This document shows, piece by piece, positions 43,210-52,154 of a DNA stretch of 64,000 bases; position 1 is the first letter of the stretch; every line of letters begins with the position of its first letter. Location of the stretch: positions 37,738-101,737 of the IMG/VR virus record IMGVR_UViG_3300021431_000092; one strand, given 5' to 3'. The DNA is from a virus. Taxonomy: Duplodnaviria; Caudoviricetes. Under the pieces are notes generated by a model. The model made no database searches and was not told the origin of the DNA. It saw only the letters and a list, made by a program, of their open reading frames with translations. A program made the position numbers and the translations under genes.

Positions 43210-43496
43210 ACTTCATCACCATCCTTGTTATCAACATCAAACTCCTCGATACGAAGTTCTTCAAGTCTATAAAAGCTTTTTATTCCAGTACGCCCTTCGT
43301 CATCATAGCCCTCAATCTCAAGCATCAGACCATAACCTGTGTCAATTATGTTATTAATATACCCAAGTTCATATGTTGTCGACGTGAATTCATCTTCAAC
43401 AAGATGTGCTTCTTCCGGAGAGAACCTCTTATATACAAGATATCTGATTATAGTGTCCTTCATTTTTTCTGCCCACTCTTTTAACGAATAGACCAT
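43197..43496 (-). CDS. hypothetical acidic protein immediately downstream of ncRNA copy B
   Basis: ATG at 43496 with GAGGAGG RBS abutting the ncRNA closing stem. Confidence 0.6.
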   Translation of the reverse strand: MVYSLKEWAEKMKDTIIRYLVYKRFSPEEAHLVEDEFTSTTYELGYINNIIDTGYGLMLEIEGYDDEGRTGIKSFYRLEELRIEEFDVDNKDGDEVWDA

Positions 43497-43511
43497 AATA
43501 TATTCCTCCTC

Positions 43512-43839
43512 TACACACAATCAATGTAAGTGCGTTTGATCCGAACCTGCAAGTTAATCTTGGATTATAGAAGCTTAAATCGGTGGCGAGAGTTATTACT
43601 CGGTTGTTTGTTCTTTTGTACTTGTGAAAAAGTGCTTTTGCCCTAGTATTTTCTATGGAAAAGTGTGCGCTTTGGTGCTTGCAGATTTCTCTGATCGCTG
43701 TTTTAGCTTGGAGCGCGTGCATGTCTGATTAATAACGCAATCTTGAGGTGTCATCTTCCAAGTCTTTCATCGGATCAAATTGAGCATCTGGCCGTTTGGC
43801 GCAGACGATTGCCATAAAAGCAATATTTCATTGTGTGTA
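43512..43839 (-). ncRNA. retron-like msr/msd ncRNA, orphan copy B
   Basis: 10-bp a1/a2-like repeat TACACACAAT/ATTGTGTGTA, unpaired G at 43829 opposite G at 43522, two 5' hairpins; homologous to 48182-48494 with compensatory changes. Confidence 0.75.
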
Positions 43840-45801
43840 AACAAAATTATCTGTCGCTGAGATTCAGCGTATTGCGCTTCTTAAACGCGATCTTATACCT
43901 GTACTGTTGGTGATACTCATCAACCATACCAGTCTTTTCATTCAATCGGAATCTCAGCGCGAGTTTCTCATATGCTAAGACGTCATTGCCGATCCGCTCT
44001 TCATAGTGGATTTCCCAGATAAACTCCCTGATAAACACCTCCCACTCAAGAGATTTTTCTTTCTCCCACACATAACACCATTCAAGCTCGTACATCCGGT
44101 TGAAGTAACAACTTGCAACCCCGAACTCCCTGAAGATAGCTTGGAGCTGTTGAGTTGAAACATAACCAAGATCCATGATTCGCTCCGCTGCTCTGTTTAC
44201 TTTAGCAATTTCATGTTGCCGGAGCATCTCTCTGTCTGTGTCGTACATATTGTAACCACCTTTCATCTGAATTTATTTGGATATCTGCCTTTATGTATCA
44301 CATCAAACCAATTTGACTCGGTCTTAAGTGTGTCTCGCCTTCGCTGATTGAATTCATCAAGTTCTTTTTTGTATGACTTATATGTATCGCAATCATTCCA
44401 GCAGAGTTGATGCCTGTCGCTACATCCAAAACACGGCGATGTTGGCTTTGCCATTGTTATTCCTCCTTATCATGCCATTTCAAACCGCGTGCATCATACA
44501 GCGGAATCCAGTAAGCTTCGTAGAAATCAAAACCAGCTCCGTCAATTCCGAAGAACATGCCATACTCGTTATGCTCATAAATCCGAAATCCGAGTTCGGA
44601 CATTACTCTAACGCCATCGCCGTTCTCAATCCATTCGATATCGCAAGGATCGGAGAATTGCCAGAGATAGCCCCACATCGGGAGCTTGTCGTCGTACAAA
44701 ACATAGAAGTCATCACCAGAAACGTCAAGGACAACCCCGTCATCCATCTTAATCTTGTACTTATTGTTCTTGCTATCTGCCTTAACGACCTCGCCCTCGT
44801 CCGTTGTTGTGTCTTCGATGTCAACGCCGTCAACATAAACACGATCTCCGACAGCAGGCATTGTAACCTCACACCATCCGTCAGGTTCGTACTTCATCAG
44901 AACTGAAATGATATCAGTCCTGATGGCGTCGAATTCCTTAACGAACGAACGAACAGCATCTTCTTTTCTTTCGAACCTCATAAAATACTCCTTTCATTCG
45001 ACCGTATTTTTATGTCCTGAGTAATGATTGAAGTCATCCGTGAACTACGATTCATTCTGCATTGTCAGCACCTCCGTCCATTCGTGCGCCACATTTCGGA
45101 CAGAAGTCCGAAAACTTAGATGCACCGAATGCATTGTATAGGCTTTCCATATTGCATTCAGAGCAATAAATCTCCTGTCCCCTTACAATCCACCGCCCAT
45201 GCCGCACTTCCGGCTCGATTGTGGGCTGTTCTGCAAGAAATTTGTAATTATTGCACTTGTCAGTCACAAAGTCCGGATGTATCGAACGCATAGCCTCTTC
45301 GAACCCCTTACAATAGCCGCACGTTTCGCACATCTTTTTCAATGCTGCCTGTCTGTCAATCAGTTCCGGCATCTTCGTTCACCTCTCTCATATTCGTCTA
45401 AAAATTAATCGAGCAGATCAATTATTTCAAGTACCAGCTTATATGTTTCTTCATCCATTTTGCCATCGTCAGTATAGCCGTCCTCTAAAATACTGATTAC
45501 ATCAGCATCAAACGCAGATAAAATATATCTACCATTTAGAAAAGAAATAACTTCGTCACAAGTACAGAAATAATCCTCTGCCCCACTGTTTGCCCATCTG
45601 TCATAGGTACTAAGAATTGCAGAACGGACATAGAACTTATCCTTCTGATTATATCCAATAGCAATCTTAAACTTATAATCTTTAGATAAGTATTCCATGC
45701 ATCCATATCCAAGATCAATCCATCCATTCATTATTAGAAAATTATGAATTGTCTTGAGGTCGTTAACATAATGCATTATAATATCCACCTTTCATCTAAC
45801 T

Positions 45802-46155
45802 AGCAATGTCTTTCTACGGTCTCTTTTGTGAGGAGGTGCCCGAAGGCTCACAAAAGAGCAAAGAAACCGCTTAAATCACGGGCATGTTGTTACTCAGACC
45901 TTTGGCGCTGAGCCGCTACAGTGTAACGAATTAACACATTGCTTCTAAAAAACGAGGAGAGTCGACCGCCTTATTCGACAATCGACTCTCATAAAAAAGG
46001 AGGTACATCCAGATGGTTTTTGTTCGGTGCCCAGAACCTAGATGTATCATGGCTAACCAACAACCATTAGAAGCTCCGTGTCGATCCATACATCTAAACC
46101 GACACATCATAGCAACGAACGAAGTCAAGCCGCGTTCGCAGACTGCGAAGCAGTC
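45802..46155. ncRNA. candidate ~350 nt highly structured RNA downstream of tRNA(CAU)
   Basis: At least seven stems, e.g. CTCTTTTGTGAG/CTCACAAAAGAG, GAGAGTCGA/TCGACTCTC, AGCAATGT/ACATTGCT; no credible ORF. Confidence 0.5.
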
Positions 46156-46185
46156 CTACTCGACGCTACTTGTGGTAACGCCGGA

Positions 46186-46261
46186 TGGGCTCTGCCGGAC
46201 TCGAACCGGCGACCTACTGTTTATGAGACAGCAGCTCTAAAACCAACTGAGCTAAGAGCCC
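46186..46261 (-). tRNA. tRNA with CAU anticodon (Ile2 or elongator Met)
   Basis: Full cloverleaf GGGCUCU/AGAGCCC, loop CUCAUAA, T arm GCCGG-UUCGAGU-CCGGC; CCA not encoded. Confidence 0.9.
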
Positions 46262-46294
46262 GCATAAATAAAGGAGAGTAGCAAAGCCACTCTC

Positions 46295-46951
46295 CTACTC
46301 GCTCCACGGCCTTCTTCTGTATTCGGGGAGAACGAACTTCCAAAGAGTTACGTTGATCCCGTATCTGCCGTATGGATTCATTACATTACGCACCTCGTTT
46401 TTTACAGGACTATATGCGATGTCAGGCTTCGGTTTGACCGCCATTTGCACATCGACGCCCTCCTCTGGGTGCTTTTCGGTGAGATATTTTTCAATCAACT
46501 TGCAGAACTTAATCTGCCAGTCGTAGTTCTTCTCTCCTCCTATGCTAATGCCAGTAAAATATGTCATCTTGTCAATATAACCACGTCTTGCAAGCAATAA
46601 TCTCCATGCCCAACAAGCGTGGTTCGACTCCATGTACCACTGTTCGGTATGCATTGGTAAGAAAAACTTCTTTCTGTAATCCTCTCCGAAAATTGAGATC
46701 AGATCGTCATGTAGTTCCTCATACACCTCCTCTGCTCCTCTTTCATCAAGGCATTTTGATCGCAAGCTTTGTTCGAGATCGTGAGTCGCCCTAACTTTTA
46801 CTAAAAGTCTATCAACCTCATTTAACTCATGATCCTGCTTCGCTTTGAACTCAAGATATTTTTTTTGCGTGCGCGTCTTGAATAACACATATGCAAGATA
46901 TGGAGTGACCATAAGACCGATCAGAAATAGTGAGTAAAGAATATACCGCAT
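46295..46951 (-). CDS. membrane-anchored hypothetical protein
   Basis: N-terminal TM helix plus short coiled coil; has its own promoter. Confidence 0.6.
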   Translation of the reverse strand: MRYILYSLFLIGLMVTPYLAYVLFKTRTQKKYLEFKAKQDHELNEVDRLLVKVRATHDLEQSLRSKCLDERGAEEVYEELHDDLISIFGEDYRKKFFLPMHTEQWYMESNHACWAWRLLLARRGYIDKMTYFTGISIGGEKNYDWQIKFCKLIEKYLTEKHPEEGVDVQMAVKPKPDIAYSPVKNEVRNVMNPYGRYGINVTLWKFVLPEYRRRPWSE

Positions 46952-46978
46952 ATAACACCTCCAATTCGTGATAAATTT

Positions 46979-47007
46979 ATTATACCATCAATGGTATATT
47001 TTGTCAA
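46979..47007 (-). promoter_or_regulatory. consensus sigmaA promoter containing a palindromic operator
   Basis: TTGACA-17 nt-TATAAT; TATACCAT-CA-ATGGTATA at 46981-46998. Confidence 0.8.
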
Positions 47008-47014
47008 TAGTATA

Positions 47015-48166
47015 CTACATATTTCTCAAATCATCTTTAATACACCTTCTTATATCGATGCCATGTTTGGTAGATATATGATTTACGATTCTGTCTATTG
47101 TTTCCCCTTCTATTGCCTTGTAATATGCACGCAAGCCGTCAAGATGCTGTACGTCCTCCAGAGACCAGTTAATCCCTGCCTTTTTATTCTTGGCATACGC
47201 CGTAAGCATGGACTCGAACTGCCTTTTCTTGCTCCTACCAATTGTCATCTGATTATCCTTGTTCAGCATAATACCGAAGTTCCAGTTTGCGCCACTCGAA
47301 GATCCATATCTAGTTTTCTTCGTATTAAGTTGAAATGGGGCTCCGAACTGATTAAGGATAGACACGATTATCTCTTCGACGTCTTTGAATCTGAATGGAT
47401 TTCGAGACGAAATCAGGAAGTCGTCCGCATATCGAGTATAAACCATACCGAGCTCTCTAAGTTTCTTTGAAATCTCAAAATCAATCGGTATCATCATAAT
47501 GTTTGTGAGCATCGGAGACATCGGAGTACCCTGCGGTAACACACCATCCAAACAACAGAGCTCAAGTGCGTCTCTAAGTGCCGACTCTCCCGTTGTTGTT
47601 CTTAGCAGTATGGCGAACGGATAAATCTGTCTGAACATAGTGATAATAAAATCAATTGTTGTACTGCCGAAGAAGTTGTGCAGATCAAACTTACCGAACC
47701 ACTTCGACTTGTTTGTCTGATGCCGTTTTACGCATTCAATTGTATTGCGGTTATGAATATAAGCAAATGCGCTTGTATGGTACAGATAGTCTGCACCACA
47801 TTCAGATTCGAATATCGTTTTGAGCTCCCTCAAAGCATTCATAAGCTCATCATTTGGTGCATCAATTCGCCTCAGGCCACCTGAGCTTTTCGGAACGTGA
47901 AATGTCCGATATAAACTATGCCTGTCTGCCTCAAGCAAGTTCTTATGATTGCTATTAAACTGCGCAAGTCTCACTGCGATTTGGTAGACGCGCTGTGATA
48001 CATTTTTTCTTATTTCTTTCGGGACTCTGCTTACACATCGAGTAACTGTATTGCTCTTATTATTTGTAATAAGACCGCCATATTCTGCATCATCATCGCC
48101 AAACCAGAGGTCGTCGATGCTCATTTGTCTGTACTTTTGCGATGCAGGCGTGACTACATATAACAT
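47015..48166 (-). CDS. retron-like reverse transcriptase
   Basis: VPKSSGGLRRIDAP, SAFAY, KFDLHNFFGS, LPQGTPMSP, YTRYADD, LNTKKT; ATG at 48166 with AGAAAGGAG RBS. Confidence 0.92.
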   Translation of the reverse strand: MLYVVTPASQKYRQMSIDDLWFGDDDAEYGGLITNNKSNTVTRCVSRVPKEIRKNVSQRVYQIAVRLAQFNSNHKNLLEADRHSLYRTFHVPKSSGGLRRIDAPNDELMNALRELKTIFESECGADYLYHTSAFAYIHNRNTIECVKRHQTNKSKWFGKFDLHNFFGSTTIDFIITMFRQIYPFAILLRTTTGESALRDALELCCLDGVLPQGTPMSPMLTNIMMIPIDFEISKKLRELGMVYTRYADDFLISSRNPFRFKDVEEIIVSILNQFGAPFQLNTKKTRYGSSSGANWNFGIMLNKDNQMTIGRSKKRQFESMLTAYAKNKKAGINWSLEDVQHLDGLRAYYKAIEGETIDRIVNHISTKHGIDIRRCIKDDLRNM

Positions 48167-48181
48167 ACTTTCTCCTTTCTG

Positions 48182-48494
48182 CCGCAATCTGCGTGAGTGC
48201 TTACGATCAGACCTACGACGCCTGAATCTCCTTCAGATATTCTTCTATTCGCGTTGTTCATCTGAAATGATGCGAGTTCCTGATGTATTTGTGGATTTTC
48301 TTGTACTTTGGGCGTTTGTTTGCATCCTATCTGATGGAATATTTTTGTTGAGGCTGTATTCTACTCTTCTGGGGAGCAGCAACTCCAGCTTCGGATCCGC
48401 CGTGGAGTCCCTGAGGCGCCTCTTTCATCTGATCGAGTTGAAGCTCTGGCCACATAGGCGCAGAGCCGACTATAAAAGCCGAATTTCATTGCGG
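48182..48494 (-). ncRNA. retron-like msr/msd ncRNA, RT-proximal copy A
   Basis: CCGCAAT/ATTGCGG a1/a2-like repeat, G at 48487 opposite G at 48189, hairpins CGGCU/AGUCG and GCUCUG..CAGAGC, long-range CGAUCAGA/UCUGAUCG. Confidence 0.8.
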
Positions 48495-48809
48495 TTATTA
48501 AATTTCAATTAATACAAGCCCATCGCTTGATGGTAAATCCCTTTCACATATGTCGAAATACTTGACTGTTTCATTGAAATTGCTCATGATTTCTGTCACA
48601 ATCCCTTTGTAATCTGTACTGTCATAATCTGCATACTCCATAAAGGAGTTTACGAGATCTATGAGTTCATCTCTGTTGATCTGCTTGTCGCTAACAGCCG
48701 ATACGCAAATAGTAACATCCTCGTCATAGAAGTGGAATACAATGGTAGTGGCACGAGGAACTCCGTTCGGGGCAACACCGAAACATCGCATCACAATCAA
48801 TCACCTTCT

Positions 48810-49328
48810 TTACAATTCGTCAAAAAACGCATTAAGTTCTTCGCTATCCTTATAACGCAGTTGACTAACATATTCTACACGTTTTGGATTGCAATAACGT
48901 TCACCGCCTATGCCACATATAGGGTTAGTTGCATCAATAGATTCCAACGGCCAACGAACAACCAGATCTCCGTCGGGGCATACTCGCAACACCTCTCCGA
49001 CAGTACCAACTATTGGAAATATATACGGACTACGCTCGTGTGCATCTTCGTCTATGAATTTTACAAAGTCTCCCTCTCTTAATAACAGTTCAAGCCACGC
49101 AGACTTGAATTGATGATCTTGTATATCGCGCCCCTTATAATTTTCTGGGTTATCATTGCCATCAAATTTCAAACTTATCCATCCATCGTCCGATACTGAT
49201 TCCACGACAAACGTAGATCCACAGAACACCTTAGTCGAATTCGCAAACATCGTTCCGGCATCAACAACGGCTCTGTCGTTCGCATCTTTTACACGAACTC
49301 TCGATCCTATAACTGGTAGACGCTCCAT
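48810..49328 (-). CDS. tandem SH3-like protein with ELxxFF tag
   Basis: Two G(S/D)xV beta modules; ends DSEELNAFFDEL. Confidence 0.6.
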   Translation of the reverse strand: MERLPVIGSRVRVKDANDRAVVDAGTMFANSTKVFCGSTFVVESVSDDGWISLKFDGNDNPENYKGRDIQDHQFKSAWLELLLREGDFVKFIDEDAHERSPYIFPIVGTVGEVLRVCPDGDLVVRWPLESIDATNPICGIGGERYCNPKRVEYVSQLRYKDSEELNAFFDEL

Positions 49329-49332
49329 AAAA

Positions 49333-49650
49333 TCATCCTTTCATCTCTGCGAACAAAGCGTCGAGCTCAGCGCTCTCTTCAGTAATAACCGGTCTTGCAT
49401 AACAGAGGTCGAGCCTTTCAAACCGAATATTTTCATGATGCCATCCAGAGACGTGCATGTCTGATACAATCGCATCATTCCATTTGTCTATTCCGTCTTT
49501 AATTGTGTTGAAATCTGGTACGATAGCTACTACAAGACCGTCTGAAATTTCAGTGATTTTTACAATGACACCGTGATAGTTGCTTCTTGTGATTGGGTTT
49601 TTGTTGAATATAGCGATATCTCCAACCTGTATATCTCCAGCATTAATCAA
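49333..49650 (-). CDS. SH3-like small protein with ELD tag
   Basis: Paralog of 49647; ends EESAELDALFAEMKG. Confidence 0.6.
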   Translation of the reverse strand: MINAGDIQVGDIAIFNKNPITRSNYHGVIVKITEISDGLVVAIVPDFNTIKDGIDKWNDAIVSDMHVSGWHHENIRFERLDLCYARPVITEESAELDALFAEMKG

Positions 49651-49979
49651 GACAAAACACCTCCATCCATTTCAGAAAACATTTTGTCAAGCTCCGGGCT
49701 TTCGTCATATATTGTGCTTGTTTCATAATACGGATCAAGCCTGTCTACCGCAATGATCTCTTTATGTACTCTTCTCTGGTTATCGAAATCAAGTTCCGAA
49801 TTCCACTGTGCAATAGCACCGTACTCAACCTCATCTCTGTTTGGCGTGATCGCGCTTACATGGTTTTCATCATATACTTCAACGACCTTTACAATTGCCC
49901 CTATAAAAACAGGTGCTGTACTGGAATGTCTATTGAATACGGCGAGGTCGCCTAGATGCAGATCTTCAAGATTAAGCAT
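49647..49979 (-). CDS. SH3-like small protein with ELD tag
   Basis: GDLAVFN...G.IVK..E; ends DESPELDKMFSEMDGGVLS. Confidence 0.6.
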   Translation of the reverse strand: MLNLEDLHLGDLAVFNRHSSTAPVFIGAIVKVVEVYDENHVSAITPNRDEVEYGAIAQWNSELDFDNQRRVHKEIIAVDRLDPYYETSTIYDESPELDKMFSEMDGGVLS

Positions 49980-50471
49980 AATCTACCTCCTATCTTTTAT
50001 AAAAAGTGCCCTCAAAGGCATAAGCTACATTCGCCAATACACAGCAACAGTTCTAATCTTTTCTGAACCTCATGAAACTCGTCCTCTGAGACATTATATT
50101 TTTGCATCGTATCGCTCATTTTGCTATCATTTGATATGAACTCCATGCATCCACATCCGCATTCAGTCACGTTACACCTGCCGGTATCATCTGTTTCTCC
50201 GAAATCATTTATATCTGCGTCAACACCGTTAACGCGGAATACCTTTGTGCGGCACGGAAGCAACTTGTATGTTTCGATTTCGATGCTAAGCATAAAACCA
50301 CCCTTTCATAAATCACTTTCTTCTATGTCGGTGACTAAAAAATCGTCAGCCCACTCCACATCTTTATAACCGTATCCATTTGCAATCTCAAGCGCTCTCT
50401 GTTCCGAGTCTGCCTCAATATCAACACTGCCAACTAAAGCAAACGTGACGGTATATTTCATAGTATCACCT

Positions 50472-50786
50472 CTACATTTCTGTGAAATAACTGTCGAGTT
50501 CATTCGTATCTACGCTAAACTCCTCTTCGTGATTCGGAAGCGTAGCAAGTTCGCATTCACTATGCCACCATCTGTCGTCTCCCGTCGTTGATCCGTCAGG
50601 CCACTGTACAAGAACAGAGTTATCGTATTCGGCCGGAATATTTACAACACGTCCGACTGTTCCGATCTCAGGCTCCCATTCATATCCTCGTCTTTTGCCG
50701 TTGTAACCAACGAACTCGACCGTGTCGCCGAATTTTAACATAACATTATTCACCCCCAAAGTCTCCGAAGAAACTATCAAGCTCAT
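50472..50786 (-). CDS. SH3-like small protein with ELD tag
   Basis: PEIGTVGRV...LVQWP; ends VDTNELDSYFTEM. Confidence 0.6.
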   Translation of the reverse strand: MSLIVSSETLGVNNVMLKFGDTVEFVGYNGKRRGYEWEPEIGTVGRVVNIPAEYDNSVLVQWPDGSTTGDDRWWHSECELATLPNHEEEFSVDTNELDSYFTEM

Positions 50787-51036
50787 GAGTGTCTACTTCT
50801 AAAACGCCATAAAGTCTAAGCCAATCCTCGTCGAACCACCAGCGGTCTTCATCCTCTTCGAGCTTATATATAAATGTTCCATCATCCTCCTCATTTATTA
50901 TGTCGATTGTGAAGATTTCACCGACCATATCGTCCATATCATCCCACCATCCAATATTGTTTTCGTCATCGTTTACATTACCTATGACAACTACTTTGTC
51001 TCCTGCGTGAAATAACTGGGCATTCATCGTATCCAC
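50746..51036 (-). CDS. SH3/KOW-like small protein with ELD tag
   Basis: FHAGDKV..GW..MD..VG..WWFDEDWL; ends VDTHELDSFFGDFGGE. Confidence 0.6.
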   Translation of the reverse strand: MDTMNAQLFHAGDKVVVIGNVNDDENNIGWWDDMDDMVGEIFTIDIINEEDDGTFIYKLEEDEDRWWFDEDWLRLYGVLEVDTHELDSFFGDFGGE

Positions 51037-51039
51037 CCC

Positions 51040-51279
51040 TTATATAAAGCTTGAAAAGAACTCATCTAGCGGCGTTTGCCGCTGAATTTCTCCGTAACGG
51101 CACCAACCCATGCCGTCCCAGTTCCCGTCTTGATTCCACTGAATCAAAATTCCTCTGTTGTTGAAGCCCAAAACGGTTCCAACTGAGCCGTTCTGCGGAC
51201 AGAACTTGTATTTTGTACGCTTTTGTGATGTAAAAATCACTTTATCTCCGATTTTATATGCCACTCCGCAACACCTCAT
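51040..51279 (-). CDS. SH3-like small protein with LDEFF tag
   Basis: YKIGDKV..P..GSVGTV..ILIQW; ends PLDEFFSSFI. Confidence 0.55.
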   Translation of the reverse strand: MRCCGVAYKIGDKVIFTSQKRTKYKFCPQNGSVGTVLGFNNRGILIQWNQDGNWDGMGWCRYGEIQRQTPLDEFFSSFI

Positions 51280-51506
51280 CTCAGTGTAGTTCTGCCGGGA
51301 TGACAGTCGTCACACTCTTTGTAGTCTCTTTTTGCGAGCATATTCCAGTTCGAGATCGCATCATAAATATTACTCTTTGTATAAGAACTGTATCCACACA
51401 GCGGACATTTGACATCGAATAATCTTCCAGACTTTCCGGACTGTCTCACATCTGGTTGAGCGCCGCATCTTGGGCATTCTTCTACATTGATAATATCAGA
51501 CGCCAT
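51276..51506 (-). CDS. Lar-like zinc-finger protein
   Basis: CPRCG...CPLCG...AISNWN. Confidence 0.55.
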   Translation of the reverse strand: MASDIINVEECPRCGAQPDVRQSGKSGRLFDVKCPLCGYSSYTKSNIYDAISNWNMLAKRDYKECDDCHPGRTTLR

Positions 51507-51736
51507 AAGATCCTCCTTTTTGCTTGCGTTTGATTATTTCTTCCTTGCTTCTTCCGTAAAGCGGATTGGTTTTTCTTTTTCCAGCAACAAAAGCCGCCGT
51601 CCTATTCCTATCTCGTTCACGTCTCTCTTCAAGAGCTTCTACGATATGCCGAAGCAAATTGATGTCATCTGCGTCGACAGGGTCGAAGATCAGGTCTCTT
51701 GTTGTCAACTCCTTGAGAAACGCAAGCTCTTCATTT

Positions 51737-52045
51737 TTAATGTTCGGCACTATCATCACCTCCGAAGTTCGAGAAAAAATTGTCGAGTTCCTCAGTATCA
51801 ACCGGAGTCTCATCGTATGGGACAAGCCACGCCTCATTACAGTACCAGTGGTTCGTTAACTGAGTTCCGTCATCGTTAAACCTTTGTGCTGGAAATTCGA
51901 CCATATATGCAAGATTGTCTTCGCTATATATTTCTTTTACAACTCCCCAATCTCCGATAAAATAGTACATTGATTGACCCCATCCGCTACTATTATTTGG
52001 AGATGGCGCACACAGAACAACCCTGTCTCCGACATTAAATAACAA
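51737..52045 (-). CDS. SH3/KOW-like small protein with ELD tag (paralog of 37977)
   Basis: TTG start with AAAGGAG RBS; FNVGDRV...WYCNEAWL; VDTEELDNFFSNF. Confidence 0.6.
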   Translation of the reverse strand: MLFNVGDRVVLCAPSPNNSSGWGQSMYYFIGDWGVVKEIYSEDNLAYMVEFPAQRFNDDGTQLTNHWYCNEAWLVPYDETPVDTEELDNFFSNFGGDDSAEH

Positions 52046-52079
52046 TTTTAACACTCCTTTCGTAATATAAGATTCAGAA

Positions 52080-52154
52080 ATCAACCGGCCGGACTTGAAC
52101 CGACAACCTTCCACCGGATATGGCGGACGCTCTCCCTCCTTGAGCTACGGTTGA
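52080..52154 (-). tRNA. tRNA-like gene with aberrant 8-nt anticodon loop
   Basis: UCAACCG/CGGUUGA acceptor, GCUC/GAGC D stem, UUCAAGU T loop; loop CAUAUCCG. Confidence 0.6.

Noticed and set aside
43429-43722. 97-aa ORF (and the + strand ORF 48051-48512)
   Set aside because: Both overlap the conserved ncRNAs, lack a clear RBS, and are not conserved between copies A and B
11033-45372. Zn-ribbon paralogs (11033, 37458, 38396, 45052) as a novel system
   Set aside because: A common C-terminal CxxC...CxxCG family in Clostridia phages; nothing distinctive seen here
47015-48166. RT as a DGR or group II intron enzyme
   Set aside because: No TR/VR pair with A-specific mismatches or Avd gene seen; no maturase/En domain or domain V; motifs and upstream RNA fit a retron-like RT
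19402-51780. C-terminal GG(D/E) endings of several small ORFs as ubiquitin-like diglycine tails
   Set aside because: They coincide with the GGAGG/GGGGG RBS of the next overlapping gene
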